This document shows positions 47,791 through 60,475 of a stretch of 64,000 bases of DNA, piece after piece. Each line of letters starts with the position of its first letter. Positions within the stretch are counted from its first letter, which is position 1. Source of the stretch: an uncultured Chloroflexia bacterium (GTDB lineage Bacteria; Chloroflexota; Limnocylindria; Limnocylindrales; CSP1-4); the NCBI GenBank assembly GCA_963752475.1, contig CAVVYR010000006.1, forward strand, positions 416,001-480,000, given 5' to 3'. A program made the translations under genes and the position numbers. The notes beneath the pieces were generated by a model. That model did not search any database, was not told where the DNA came from, and saw only the letters and a list, made by a program, of their open reading frames with translations.

Positions 47791-48947
47791 CCGACACCAC
47801 GACGTCGCCTCCGGTCAACCGCATCTCGGACATCGATTGGCGTTGGGCGTTGCCGCGGATCATGCTCGTCTTCCTCGTTACGCGCCTGCTGGTGTTCGCC
47901 GTGCTGGTGGCCGTGGAGACGACACAACCGGCTCCGCCTGACGGCGTCCGCGTGGACGAGCGGCCGATCATCGGCAGCCTCACGGCCTGGGATGGCGTCT
48001 ACTACCACGACATCGTCGAGAACGGCTACGAGGCGGACGCCGACCCGTTCCCCAACTACGCCTTCTTCCCGGCCTATCCCGTGTTGGTCAAGGCGGCCAC
48101 CATCGTGACCGCCGGCGACACCAGCATCGCCGCCGTGCTCGTGTCCAACGTCGCGCTGGTTGCGGCACTGGTCGTCTTCTATGCGTTGTCGGTACGCCAC
48201 CTGAACCCCGATCGTGCGATCTGGGGTCTCTGGTTCCTGCTACTCGCGCCCGGTGCCATCGGCTTCTCCATGTCCTACACCGAGGGGCTCTTCCTGCTCT
48301 TCGCCTGTGGCGCGTTCTTCGCGGCCGAGACCCGGCACCCCTGGTTCGCCGGCATCCTCCTGGCCCTCGCGGCGCTGACACGCGTGCCCGGCGTACTCCT
48401 GGTCCTGCCCATCCTCGTCATCTACATCCAGCGTGATGGTTGGCGGCCGACGCGCGACTGGATCCCGCTGGCCCTGGCACCAGCTGCGCTGGTTGGCTTC
48501 TTCGTCTATCTCTGGACCGTGACAGGAGACCTGCTCGCGACGTTCCGCGCCCAGGACTACTGGCGCTCGACGGGCCCCAACGCCGTGGAGGTGGTCGCAA
48601 CGCAGGCCGACCAGACTGCGGAGGCCACGATGGCCATCAGCGCCGCACCGCCCTATGTCATCGCGCTGTGGATCGCGACCATCGGCTTCTACGCCTTCCT
48701 CTTCGTCTTCATGCGTCACGACAGACTCCCGGTCGCCTACTGGGTCGTGGCCGCGCTCGGGATCATCGGCGTCTTCGCCTCGGGCAAGTTGCTCTCGGCC
48801 CCGCGCTACATCGTGGCTTCGTGGCCCTTCTACTGGGTGCTCGCGAACCGTTCCTCGATGGCTGGGCGCGTTGGTGTCCTTGCCGTCTTCGCGTTGGTCC
48901 AGGTGCTCCTGCTGTGGCTGGCCTTCACCTGGAGCGTTCCGCCGTAA
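47787..48947 (+). CDS. GT-C mannosyltransferase paralogue
   Basis: AWDGVYYHDIVENGY, YAFFPAYP, SYTEGLFL, LTRVPG, APRY. Confidence 0.85.
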   Translation: MTDTTTSPPVNRISDIDWRWALPRIMLVFLVTRLLVFAVLVAVETTQPAPPDGVRVDERPIIGSLTAWDGVYYHDIVENGYEADADPFPNYAFFPAYPVLVKAATIVTAGDTSIAAVLVSNVALVAALVVFYALSVRHLNPDRAIWGLWFLLLAPGAIGFSMSYTEGLFLLFACGAFFAAETRHPWFAGILLALAALTRVPGVLLVLPILVIYIQRDGWRPTRDWIPLALAPAALVGFFVYLWTVTGDLLATFRAQDYWRSTGPNAVEVVATQADQTAEATMAISAAPPYVIALWIATIGFYAFLFVFMRHDRLPVAYWVVAALGIIGVFASGKLLSAPRYIVASWPFYWVLANRSSMAGRVGVLAVFALVQVLLLWLAFTWSVPP

Positions 48948-49027
48948 GCCGCACATAAGCGCTGGTGAAGCGCCCCGGACGATGATGGGTTCCCTGTCCG
49001 CCGCCCCGCCGGACTCGGAGGTCGTCC

Positions 49028-51819
49028 ATGTCCCGGCCCTGGCGCTCGATCCTGCCGTTCATCATCTCGTTCTCGCTCGTCTGCACCGGCGCGGCACCAG
49101 CGGCCGCTGTCGACTGGGCACCCTCGGACGGTCTCGTCGTGGGCGAGGTCGTGACTGGCGGCGCCAAGGGGGCGGACGAGTACATCGAGCTGTTCAACGC
49201 CGCTGGATCCCACCGGTCGCTGTCTGGACTCGAGCTGGTCTACGTGAGTGCCAGCGGGAAGTCGGTCACGCGCAAGAAGGTCTTCGCTGACGGTAGGGTG
49301 GAGGCCGGCGCGCGCGTCCTATTGGCCAATGCGGACGGTGCATTCGCCGGACTTGCCGACCACACGTACAACGGCGGCCTCAGCGGTGATGGTGGGTCGG
49401 TCGTGCTGCGTGTCCAGGGCGGCTCCGTCATCGACGCGCTCTCGTGGGGCTCGGCTGCATCCGACTTCGTGGAGGGCACGGCCGCCACCGCACCGCCTGC
49501 AGGCTCATCGGTGGAGCGGCTACCAGGAGACGGTGGCGACAATCGCCGGGACACGAACGACAACGCGAGCGACACTCGCGTCTCGAGCTCACCGGTGGCG
49601 CAGGGGTCCGGTGGCAGTCCGGTCGCGACGCCCACCCCCGAGCCCACCCCGAAGCCGACACCCGAGCCCACCCCGAAGCCGACACCCGAGCCCACCCCGA
49701 AGCCGACACCCGAGCCCACCCCGAAGCCGACACCCGAGCCCACCCCGAAGCCGACACCCGAACCGACACCGAAGCCGACACCCGAACCGACACCTGATCC
49801 AACGCCTGCGCCGACCCCCGGGCCCACTTCCGAACCGACGCCGGTGCCCACGCCGGCTCCGACACCGTCCGCTCCGCCCACCGCTGTCCCGACGGCGTCA
49901 CCACAACCGACCCATGCGCCCACGCCTGAGCCGAGCTCAGCGCCGCCGCCTGCCGTCGATATCGCCGAAGCGCGGGGCCGGGCTGTCGGCACTGAGACAA
50001 CGGTCGAGGGCACCGTCACGGTGCAGGCGGGCCAGATCCTCGGCGAGCGCACGCTGGTCATCCAGGACACCAGCGGAGGACTCCCCGTCCGTCTGCCTTC
50101 GGTCGATCTCGTCGACGAATACCCGCGTGGAACGGTCATCCGGGCCACCGGGGAACTGGCACAGCCCTACGGCAACCTCGAGCTGCGGTCCCAGGACGCC
50201 GATGACCTGACGACCATCGGCAGCGGTGGCCTGCCGGCCGTGACCACGTTGAGCAGCACCGGGCTATCGGAGGCCAACGAAGGTCGCCTGGCTACGCTCA
50301 CGGCCTCCATCGACGACGTCGACACGTACGAGAGCGGCGCTGTTTCGATCGCCATCAGCGACTCGCACGGCGACGGCAAGGTCTACGCTTTCGCGCCCCT
50401 TGCCCTCGATCCCGGCTCGCTCGAACGTGGACAGACGATCGAGGCCACCGGCATCGTCGGGCAACGGGCCAGCTCGTCCGGTGCTGCGGACGGCTACCGG
50501 CTCTGGCTGCGCGGTAGCGGGGATCTCTCGGTCGTGGCGGCCCCTGCGCCGACTCCCGCACCGAGTCCGACCGCGGTGCCAGACGACCTGACCGACGGCA
50601 CGGACCGACCCAAGTCAAAGCGCGTCAAGATCGCCGATGCCACCGTGGGCGAGACGGTGGTCATCGTCGGGACCGTAACGTCGAAGGCCGGACTCGTCGA
50701 CCCGGAGGGCCGACGAGTGGCGGTGCAAGACGCGTCTGGGGCCATCCTCGTCCGCTATCCGTCCGACACCACGCCGGCCAGGGTCGGCAGTGTCATCCGT
50801 GCGGTCGGCGAGGTCGGCACGTGGTTCGGCGCGCGGCAGATCGAAGCTGAGAAGGAGCCTCGCCGCAAGCGCACCCGATCCGTCCGCGCCGCGAACCTCC
50901 GGCGCCCGCCGGTCGAGTCGGATGAATGGCGGCTGGTCCGGGTCTCGGTTCGTATCAGCGACGTCGAGCGCTCGGGCGATACCTGGCGTGCCGAGGCGGA
51001 ACTGGCCAGCGGATCGACGCTGCCCATCATCGGTCTCGCCGGCAGCGGCATCGACGGCGGACTGCTCGAAGATGGTCGCAAGGCGCGCGTCACCGGCCTC
51101 GTCAAGCGGGCACACCCGTCGGCTACCGACCAGCGGTTCGCCGTTGCGCCCCGCTCACGCAAGGACATCCGCCTCGGGCGGCTTCTGGGCGCGGTCGACG
51201 ACGACGAAACGACGACGACGAACACGACGATGACGACGACGATGCCGGCCGCGCCATCGGAACCGCTGTGGCCGGCGGTGATGCGGGCGTGCTCTCCGCC
51301 ACCTTTGGGTCGCTCGATGATCTCGAGGGCCGGCTCGTGCGGGTCGGCGGCCGCGTCGAATCCGTCGCGCGACGACGCCTGACGCTCGATGACGGCACGG
51401 CCAGGGGGACCGTGCGCCTTGCCGACACGATCGGGCGGATCGACGCCGACTTCGAGGTGGGTGAGGTCATCAACGTGATCGGACGGGTCGAGCGGCGAGG
51501 TGGTCGGTCGCCGGAGGTGGTGGTCGCGTCCGCGGCCGACCTGCGTCGCGCCGCTGCGGTCGACATCGCCCGCAGCGAGTCCACGCAGCCGGTGTCGGCG
51601 GCGGTCGCCCCGGGCGCGCTGGCCGACGTGGCGGCCTCTAAGAGGCCGAGCGGCTTGGGCGAGCCGGCACCCGTGTCGTTCGCGGTCTGGCCCGCTGTCG
51701 CCCTCGTTGCCCTGGGGTTGCTCTCGCTCGGATCGGTGTCAGGTGCCGCCTTCCTTGCCTGGCGGGCGGCCCGTCCTTCACGCCCTGCCGAAGGGTCTGA
51801 TGCTGAGGGTGCCGGCTAG
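49028..51819 (+). CDS. Secreted lamin-tail-domain and multi-OB-fold surface protein, -1 frameshift near 51207
   Basis: LVVGEV...DEYIELFN lamin-tail domain, PTPEPTPK repeats, OB-fold modules (QDTSGG, QDASGAI). GAAACGAC versus GAACACGAC in a D-rich tract shifts into the frame carrying the C-terminal TM anchor. Confidence 0.7.
49631..49795 (+). repeat. 24-bp coding tandem repeat (PTPEPTPK), about 7 copies
   Basis: CCCGAGCCCACCCCGAAGCCGACA units. Confidence 0.9.
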
Positions 51820-51928
51820 CCGATGACCTCGCTCTCAGGCGGTACCGCTGACTGCTTGCATGCGAGGACTACAGTCGTCGCTCCGGGGGATGTCTCGACG
51901 AGCCGAATGCAGCGCAAGGAACCACCTG

Positions 51929-53017
51929 ATGACCACCCCCGCCATCACCGAGACCCCCGCACCATCGACCACGCCTGACGCGCTCGCGGAGAAGGTCTTC
52001 GAGTCCATCCTCGGGACGCTCGACGTCTTCGCCATCTACGTCGGCGATCGACTGGGCTATTACAAGCAGTTGGCCGAGCACGGCCCGCTCACGCCGCACG
52101 AGCTGGCCGAGCATGCCGCGACCATCGAGCGCTACACCCGTGAGTGGCTGGAGATGCAGGCCGTCTCCGGCTACCTCGAGGTCAGCTACGACGATCCCCG
52201 CCGCTTCTCCCTCCCCGAGGGGCACGCGGAGGCTCTGACCGACCACCTCAGCCTCGGCTACGTGACACCTCTGGCGCGCATGATCTCTGCCGCCGGCCTG
52301 AAGCTGCCCGACATCGTGGATGTCCACCGCAACGGCGAGGGAGTCTCGTGGGAGGCCTTCGGCCATGACATGCGCGAGTCGCAGGGCGACATGAACAGGC
52401 CCTTCTTCCTCAACCTCCTGGCCAAGGAGTGGTTCGGCAGCATCGACGACATCGACCGGCGGCTCGCGGACGGCGCCCGCGTCGCCGACATCGGCTGCGG
52501 CCACGGCTGGTCGGCCATCGCGTTGGCCCAGGGATACGATCGCGTGATCGTCGACGGCTACGACCTCGACGTGCCCTCGATCGAGAGCGCCACGCGTCAC
52601 GCCGCCGAGCAGGGCGTCGCCGAACGGGTGAGCTTCCACGCGGCCGATGCGGGCGACCCCGGTGTCGAGGGCCACTACGACCTCGTCACCGCCTTCGAGT
52701 GCATCCACGACCTGCCTGACCCCATCGCCACGCTGCGCACGATGAAGCGTCTCGCGGGCGACGACGGCATCGTGGTGGTCATGGACGAGAAGGTCTCGGA
52801 GTCGTTCTCGCCCGACGCCGACGAGGTCGAGCATCTGATGTACGGCTTCTCCAACTTCATCTGCCTGCCCGACGGCATGTCCCACGGCCACTCCGCCGGG
52901 ACCGGCACCGTCATGCGGCCTGACACCCTGCGTGGCTACGCCCGCCAGGCTGGCTTCGACGACGTCGAGATCCTGCCCATCGAGACCGGCTTCTGGCGCT
53001 TCTACCGCCTCCTGTAG
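51929..53017 (+). CDS. Class I SAM-dependent methyltransferase with N-terminal wHTH
   Basis: GDRLGYY, ERYTREWL, VADIGCGHG, FECIHDLPDP. Confidence 0.88.
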   Translation: MTTPAITETPAPSTTPDALAEKVFESILGTLDVFAIYVGDRLGYYKQLAEHGPLTPHELAEHAATIERYTREWLEMQAVSGYLEVSYDDPRRFSLPEGHAEALTDHLSLGYVTPLARMISAAGLKLPDIVDVHRNGEGVSWEAFGHDMRESQGDMNRPFFLNLLAKEWFGSIDDIDRRLADGARVADIGCGHGWSAIALAQGYDRVIVDGYDLDVPSIESATRHAAEQGVAERVSFHAADAGDPGVEGHYDLVTAFECIHDLPDPIATLRTMKRLAGDDGIVVVMDEKVSESFSPDADEVEHLMYGFSNFICLPDGMSHGHSAGTGTVMRPDTLRGYARQAGFDDVEILPIETGFWRFYRLL

Positions 53018-53159
53018 CCCGCGCTCGGGGGCGCGCTGCCTCGGCGGCTTCCGCCCGAGCGTGGACCGAGCGTGCGAGTTCGGCTTGCAGACACGCCCGG
53101 CTGTGACTATCGTTCCGCGCAGTCCTCGCGAAGGCCGAGGTTAAAGACAAGGAGGCAAC

Positions 53160-54017
53160 GTGCCCGACGCGGACCCGCTCGTCACGCTGCCTGACTCGGA
53201 CCGCCAGTACCATATCGACCTCGCCCCCGGAGAGGTGGCTGACTACATCCTGCTGCCCGGCGACCCCGAGCGAGCCGACGTCATCGCCGGCATGCTCGAC
53301 GACGTCGAGGTCCACCGCCGACACCGAGAGTTCAACTCGGTCACTGGCACTCACAAGGGCCTCCGCATCTCGGTCGTGGCCACCGGCATCGGCACTGACA
53401 ACGTCGAGATCGTCATCGCCGAGATCCTGGCCATCGTCGAGCGCCCCCCGACCTTCATCCGTATCGGCTCCTGCGGCACGCTGCGCGAGGACATCGCGCT
53501 CGGCGAGCTCATCGTCACCACTGGGGCGGTTCGCCTCGAGTCGACGACCAAGTACTACGTCGAGGAGGGCTACCCGGCCGTGGCCGACTACGCCGCTGTC
53601 GCTGCTTTGCTCGAGGCCGCCCACCGCACCGGTCGGCCGGCACACCCCGGGATCACCGCCACCGCGCCCGGCTTCTATGGTCCGCAGGGCCGGCCCATCC
53701 CCCAGTTGCCCATCCGCTTCCCCGACCTGGCCGACCGCATGGCCCGCCAGGGGGTGGTCAACTTCGAGATGGAAGCGTCGGCGGTGCTGACGCTGTCGGC
53801 CCTGGCAGGCAGCCGGGCCGGTGTGGTCTGCACCGTCTACGCGCAGCGGCGCGAGGGCGCGTTCGTCACGGGGGAGCAGAAGGCTCGCGCTGAAGCGGGC
53901 CTCATCGACACGGGCCTGGAGGCCCTGCACGTGCTCTCCGAGATGGACGCACAGCGGGCCCGTTCAGGCGAGAAGCACTGGCGGCCGTCACACTGGGCGC
54001 CAGATTTGGCAACCTAG
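53160..54017 (+). CDS. udp: Uridine phosphorylase
   Basis: QYHI, LLPGDPER, HREF, TGIG, IRIGSCG, FYGPQGR, NFEMEAS. Confidence 0.88.
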   Translation: MPDADPLVTLPDSDRQYHIDLAPGEVADYILLPGDPERADVIAGMLDDVEVHRRHREFNSVTGTHKGLRISVVATGIGTDNVEIVIAEILAIVERPPTFIRIGSCGTLREDIALGELIVTTGAVRLESTTKYYVEEGYPAVADYAAVAALLEAAHRTGRPAHPGITATAPGFYGPQGRPIPQLPIRFPDLADRMARQGVVNFEMEASAVLTLSALAGSRAGVVCTVYAQRREGAFVTGEQKARAEAGLIDTGLEALHVLSEMDAQRARSGEKHWRPSHWAPDLAT

Positions 54018-54128
54018 TACGGTCGAACGTGCGAACACCGTGCTGACAACCAGCGAGACCCGACAAGTGATCGGGTCCGAGACGGTACCGAGCTCGACCT
54101 CAAGCTCGGAGGGACAGGAGGAACAGGG

Positions 54129-54269
54129 ATGGCCGAAGCCTATTGCGTCAAGGACAAGCAGAAGGTCGAGATCCAGAACCCGCAGAAGATCACCATGAAG
54201 AACGGTAAGCCGGCCACGAAGGGCACGTGCCCCAAGTGTGGCGGTAGCGTCTTCCGCATCGGCGGCTGA
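54129..54269 (+). CDS. DUF5679-like small zinc-ribbon basic protein (46 aa; absent from the ORF track)
   Basis: MAEAYCVKDKQKVEIQNPQKITMKNGKPATKGTCPKCGGSVFRIGG; AGGAGG RBS upstream and a terminator downstream. Confidence 0.85.
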   Translation: MAEAYCVKDKQKVEIQNPQKITMKNGKPATKGTCPKCGGSVFRIGG

Positions 54270-54288
54270 CGACCCCTTCTGACGCAAC

Positions 54289-54320
54289 GGAGACCCCGGT
54301 CGCACCGACCGGGGTCTCTT
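54289..54320 (+). terminator. Rho-independent terminator
   Basis: GAGACCCCGGTCG-CAC-CGACCGGGGTCTC-TT. Confidence 0.8.
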
Positions 54321-54420
54321 GCTGTCCGACTCAGCGACCAGCCGGCTGGTCTGACGACAGAGCGTTGAATGAGCAACGCGCGGTCGCGTGCGTCACTGGC
54401 GCTGACTAGACTGGTGGCTG

Positions 54421-55428
54421 ATGCCCACCAGCTACCTGCGCGGACCCGTCCTTGCCCTCGATCTCGGCGCCACCAACGCGCGCGCCGCCGTGGTCACTCC
54501 CGACGGGGCGGTGCACGCCCGTCAGGCGGGTGCCACGCCCAAGGCGGACGGCCGCGTGGCCATCGTCGACCACTGCCGACAACTGCTGCTTCGGGCCCGT
54601 GACGGGCACATCGCCGCCGGTGGCGCGGCGCCCATCGCCTTCGGGCTGACGGCGCCCGGCCCCGTCGATCCCCGCACCGGCGCCTTCATCGACCCGCCCA
54701 ACATGGGCCCCGAGTTCTTCGGCTATCCCATCGCGCCCACCCTGGGCGATGCGCTGGAGCTGCCCTGGGCCATGGGCAAGGACACCAACGTGGCCATCCT
54801 CGGCGAACGCGACTTCGGGGCAGGGGAGGGTTCGGGCGACCTGGTCTACTTCACGATCTCGACCGGCGTCGGCGGCGCCGCGATCTCGGGGGGCCGCCCG
54901 GTCGTCGGGCCCGATCTGGTGGCCGGCGAACTCGGACATATCACCGTGGACATGGAGGGACCGCTCTGCGGCTGCGGCGGTGTCGGCCACGTCGAGTCCT
55001 TCGCCAGCGGCACCGGCATCGCCGCCCGCGCCCGCGACGCCCTGGCGTCAGGTGCGGAGGCGCCCGAGCTGCGCCGTATCGCCGCCGAGATCGCACCCGA
55101 GCCGCTCACCGCCATCCACGTGAGTGATGCCGCGGACTTGGGCGATTCGACGGCATCCCGCATACTGGAGCGGGCTCGACGGGCCGTGGCCGTCGCGGTG
55201 GTCTCCATCGTCAACGTCTTCGGCCCCGACGTGGTCATCCTCGGAGGTGCCATCTCGCTCGCGTGGGGGGAGCGACTGATCACACCGGCAAGAGAGGCCG
55301 TGGCCAAGTCCGCGTTCCGGATCCAGGCGCAGCGAGCGAAGATCGTGCAGGCCGCACTCGGCGATGACGTCGGGCTTATCGGCACGGTCCCTCTCGTCGC
55401 ATCGGCACTGCCGGAGCTGGCCCACTAG
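54421..55428 (+). CDS. ROK-family sugar kinase (glucokinase-like)
   Basis: LALDLGATN, DTNVAILGE, ISTGVGGA, GELGH, CGCGGVGHVE, GDDVGLIG. Confidence 0.9.
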   Translation: MPTSYLRGPVLALDLGATNARAAVVTPDGAVHARQAGATPKADGRVAIVDHCRQLLLRARDGHIAAGGAAPIAFGLTAPGPVDPRTGAFIDPPNMGPEFFGYPIAPTLGDALELPWAMGKDTNVAILGERDFGAGEGSGDLVYFTISTGVGGAAISGGRPVVGPDLVAGELGHITVDMEGPLCGCGGVGHVESFASGTGIAARARDALASGAEAPELRRIAAEIAPEPLTAIHVSDAADLGDSTASRILERARRAVAVAVVSIVNVFGPDVVILGGAISLAWGERLITPAREAVAKSAFRIQAQRAKIVQAALGDDVGLIGTVPLVASALPELAH

Positions 55429-55596
55429 AGGCGACCATACGGGCGCGGCCGCAGTGTCGGCGGGCGCCACCACATAGCGTCAGGACCCGGAATCGTCACG
55501 TCCGTGTGCCCGGTCGACCTGACAACATGACCAGATGAACTGCTCGCTCCCCGGCGATCGACCGGCGTAGCGCAGCGCGTAGAAGGAGTCCCATCC

Positions 55597-56604
55597 ATGA
55601 CCACTCGTGTCGGCATCAACGGCTTCGGTCGCATCGGCCGCCAGTCGCTCAAGGCCCTCATCGAGCGCACCCCGGACGCGGAAGTCGTCGCTATCAACGA
55701 CCTCATGTCGGTCGAGCTGAACGCACTCCTCTTCCAGCGTGACTCCACGTACGGCACGTTCGACGGCACCGTCGAGCACACCGAGAACTCGCTCATCGTC
55801 AACGGCAACGAGATCAAGGTCCTGCAGGAGAAGGATCCGGCTGCCCTGCCCTGGGGTGACCTCGGCGTCGACATCGTCATCGAGTCCACCGGCATCTTCA
55901 CCGACGCCACCAAGGCCGCCGGCCACCTCGAGGGCGGCGCCAAGAAGGTCCTCATCTCCGCCCCCGCGAAGAACGAAGACGCCACCATCGTGCTCGGCGT
56001 CAACGAGGACATCTACGACCCGGCCAACCACCACGTCGTCAGCAACGCCAGCTGCACCACCAACTGCCTCGCACCGGCCGCCAAGGTCGTGCACGACGGT
56101 TGGGTCATCAAGCGCGGCCTGATGAACACCATCCACAGCTACACCAACGACCAGAAGGTCCTCGACGTCTTCCACAAGGACCCGCGCCGCGCCCGTGCTG
56201 CCGGCCTGAACATCATCCCGACCACGACCGGTGCGGCCAAGGCCCTGGCCCTCGCCATCCCCGATCTGAAGGGCAAGTTCGACGGCTTCAGCCTGCGCGT
56301 CCCGACCCCCACCGTGTCGGTCGTCGACTTCACCGCCGAGCTCGAGAAGGAAGCCACCGCCGAGGAGCTGAACGCGGCCTTCACCGCCGCGGCTGAAGGC
56401 CCGATGAAGGGCATCCTCGGTGTCGAGACCAACCCGCTCGTCTCGATGGACTTCAAGGGCGATGAGCGCAGCTCGATCATCGACGCCCCGAGCACCATGA
56501 GCCTCGGTGGCAACTTCGTGAAGGTCCTCGCCTGGTACGACAACGAGTGGGGCTACAGCTGTCGCGTGGCTGACCTCGTCAAGTACATGGGTGACCGCCT
56601 CTAA
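55597..56604 (+). CDS. gap: Glyceraldehyde-3-phosphate dehydrogenase
   Basis: [31 protein letters not shown]. Confidence 0.98.
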   Translation: MTTRVGINGFGRIGRQSLKALIERTPDAEVVAINDLMSVELNALLFQRDSTYGTFDGTVEHTENSLIVNGNEIKVLQEKDPAALPWGDLGVDIVIESTGIFTDATKAAGHLEGGAKKVLISAPAKNEDATIVLGVNEDIYDPANHHVVSNASCTTNCLAPAAKVVHDGWVIKRGLMNTIHSYTNDQKVLDVFHKDPRRARAAGLNIIPTTTGAAKALALAIPDLKGKFDGFSLRVPTPTVSVVDFTAELEKEATAEELNAAFTAAAEGPMKGILGVETNPLVSMDFKGDERSSIIDAPSTMSLGGNFVKVLAWYDNEWGYSCRVADLVKYMGDRL

Positions 56605-56638
56605 GAGACCGGCTTCGGCCGCCTCGAAGGCAACTGAC

Positions 56639-57844
56639 ATGGAAAAGCTCACCATCCGGGACTTCGACCCTCGGGGCAAGCGTGTCCTGATGCGCGTCGA
56701 CTTCAACGTCCCGATCGAGGATGGCCGGGTGCGGGATGACTCCCGCATCCGTGCTGCCCTCCCCAGCATCGTGTACCTGCTCGAGCACGGCGCCTCGATC
56801 GTGCTCATGAGCCACCTCGGCCGCCCCAAGGGCAAGGTCACCGACTCGCTGCGTCTCCGCCCGGTCGCGCAGCGCCTGTCGGACCTCATCGGCCGCCCCG
56901 TGCCTGCCACCGGTGACTGCATCGGCCTCGGCACCACGGACGCGGTGAACCGCATGAAGCCCGGCCAGCTGCTGTTGCTCGAGAACCTTCGCTTCCACGC
57001 AGAAGAGACCGACAACGATCCCGAGTTCGCGGCGCAGCTCGCGGCCTACGGAGACGTCTACGTCAACGACGCGTTCGGCACTGCGCATCGCGCGCACGCC
57101 AGTACCGTCGGTGTAGCCGAGATCCTGCCGGCCTACGCGGGCCTGCTCATGGAGCGGGAGATCCGCAACCTTGGCGCGCTCATGCAGGACCCTCAGAAGC
57201 CGTACGCGGCGATCATCGGCGGAGCCAAGGTCTCTGACAAGATCAAGGTCCTCGACTCGCTCATGGAACGTGTCGACAAGATGGTCATCGGTGGCGGCAT
57301 GGCCAACACCTTCCTGGTCGCCCAGGGCTACACCGTCGGCAAGAGCCTGCTCGAGCAGGACCGTGTCGATGACGCCACGCGCATCATGAAGGTGGCCGAG
57401 AAGAAGGGCCTGGAGCTGCTGCTCCCGACCGACGTGCTGGTGGCCAAGGAAGTCACCCGCGGCGCCGAGCACAAGATCGTGCCCGTCAAGAAGATCCCCA
57501 ACTCGTGGTCCGCGGTCGACATCGGCCCCGACTCCCGCGAGGCCTTCGAGGCTGCCCTGGCCGACTGCATGACGGTCGTCTGGAACGGCCCCATGGGCGT
57601 CTTCGAGGTCCCCACCTTCGGCGACGGCACGCGCGGCATGGCCCGCATGCTGGCCGATCGCGTCGACGCTGGTGCGTCGGTCGTGGTCGGTGGCGGCGAC
57701 TCGGTCGCGGCCATCGAGGAGTTGGGCCTGACGAAGCGTTTCACCCACATCTCCACCGGCGGTGGCGCCTCCCTCGAGTTCCTCGAGGGCAAGGAGCTGC
57801 CGGGCATCAAGGTCCTGCAGGACCGTACGGAGGGAGTCGCTTAG
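56639..57844 (+). CDS. pgk: Phosphoglycerate kinase
   Basis: RVDFNVP, SHLGRP, LLENLRF, GGAKVSDKI, STGGGASLE. Confidence 0.98.
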   Translation: MEKLTIRDFDPRGKRVLMRVDFNVPIEDGRVRDDSRIRAALPSIVYLLEHGASIVLMSHLGRPKGKVTDSLRLRPVAQRLSDLIGRPVPATGDCIGLGTTDAVNRMKPGQLLLLENLRFHAEETDNDPEFAAQLAAYGDVYVNDAFGTAHRAHASTVGVAEILPAYAGLLMEREIRNLGALMQDPQKPYAAIIGGAKVSDKIKVLDSLMERVDKMVIGGGMANTFLVAQGYTVGKSLLEQDRVDDATRIMKVAEKKGLELLLPTDVLVAKEVTRGAEHKIVPVKKIPNSWSAVDIGPDSREAFEAALADCMTVVWNGPMGVFEVPTFGDGTRGMARMLADRVDAGASVVVGGGDSVAAIEELGLTKRFTHISTGGGASLEFLEGKELPGIKVLQDRTEGVA

Positions 57845-59149
<1,305 letters not shown>

Positions 59150-59158
59150 CACGACCGC

Positions 59159-59845
59159 TTGACACTCGAAGGGCCTCGTCCCGAGGAGGCGGGTCCGCAG
59201 GTCGACCCTGCGGGCGCGCCGATCGAGGACGCCTGGCCTGAAGAAGAACCATCGGGAAGCACCCGATCCGGCGAGGGTCGGGTGCTTGACCGTGGTGCCA
59301 TCTTCGCCGCCATGGTCGGCCTGGGCATGGCCATCACCATCGCCATCAGCTTCGGGCTGGTGGTGGCGGTCCAGCCGCTGGTCTTCATCTCCGCCCCGCT
59401 CGCGGGCCTGACCATCGGCTGGTACGCCAACCACAAGTCATTCCGCTGGCGACCACGCTGGCGACTCTTCGGTAACGCCGCCTTCGCCGGCGCCGTGACC
59501 GGCCTGAGCCTGGCCCTGTTCTACGTGGGCATCCGGCTGCTCTTCATCTATGCCGACTCCGGCTACCGGCCGGAGCCCATGGGCGGCCAGTTCGAGTGCT
59601 CCAACGGTCCCGAGTGCACGTACGTGCGCATGATCGAGGACCCCGACAACGCACAAGCGTTGCTCGACGAGGGCATCACCGACGTCGACTCCTACACCTC
59701 GTTCGTATGGCGCACGTCATGGGAGTGGACGCTGCAGCTGACCGGCTTCACCATCATCGGCGCCTTCGTGCCGGCCGCCTGGCGCGCCTGGAAGCCGGCT
59801 CCCTCGGACGAGGAGATCGAAGCGGCGATGGCCGCGACTGGCTGA
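59159..59845 (+). CDS. Membrane protein
   Basis: About four hydrophobic helices. Confidence 0.65.
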   Translation: MTLEGPRPEEAGPQVDPAGAPIEDAWPEEEPSGSTRSGEGRVLDRGAIFAAMVGLGMAITIAISFGLVVAVQPLVFISAPLAGLTIGWYANHKSFRWRPRWRLFGNAAFAGAVTGLSLALFYVGIRLLFIYADSGYRPEPMGGQFECSNGPECTYVRMIEDPDNAQALLDEGITDVDSYTSFVWRTSWEWTLQLTGFTIIGAFVPAAWRAWKPAPSDEEIEAAMAATG

Positions 59846-59921
59846 GTCTCCTCCGCAGGCGCCGTGCACTTCACCACGGCGACACCGACCGTGGCATCGC
59901 GGACCTAGCCGGTCCTGTCGG

Positions 59922-60293
59922 TCAGACCGATGCTGCGAGCTTGCCTACGACGTGGCCGAGCACCTGCGACATCTGGTCGTGGGGGCTGAACTCCACCATC
60001 CGGACCGCCTCGTCGACCACGATCGTGTGCCCCGACGGCCAGTAGTAGAGATCGCCTGCCTCGACGACCTCCTGGCTGCCATCCTGGTAGCTCACACGGA
60101 TACGACCCTCGATGACATAGCCCCAGTGTGGACACTGGCAGTGATCCTGCTCCAATCCCTCGAGCAGCGGGCCGAAGTCCAGGCCGGCCGGGTACTCCAT
60201 GTAGGCGGTCGTGGTCCCGCCCCAGTCCTGGCCTCGAACCATCTCGCCGAGGGCTTCGTGGGCGATCGGTAGATCTTGGGTCCTGCTCTTCAT
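59922..60293 (-). CDS. Cupin-domain protein
   Basis: LLEGL..DHCQCPHWGYVIEG...AGDLYYWPSGH...VEFSP. Confidence 0.8.
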   Translation of the reverse strand: MKSRTQDLPIAHEALGEMVRGQDWGGTTTAYMEYPAGLDFGPLLEGLEQDHCQCPHWGYVIEGRIRVSYQDGSQEVVEAGDLYYWPSGHTIVVDEAVRMVEFSPHDQMSQVLGHVVGKLAASV

Positions 60294-60475
60294 GCCGCGC
60301 CTCCTGCTACGTCGAGACGCGCCCTGGTCCGGCGCGCTTGGTTCGATGGTGGGCAAGGGGCCCCATCGCGTCTGCGGCGATCGGACACGTTCCGTGACGG
60401 ATACGCGACTGCACAGCATGGGGGTCAGGCGGTACCAGACGCGGGTGCCCACCGGAGCTGCTGTCTCGAGTGGGC

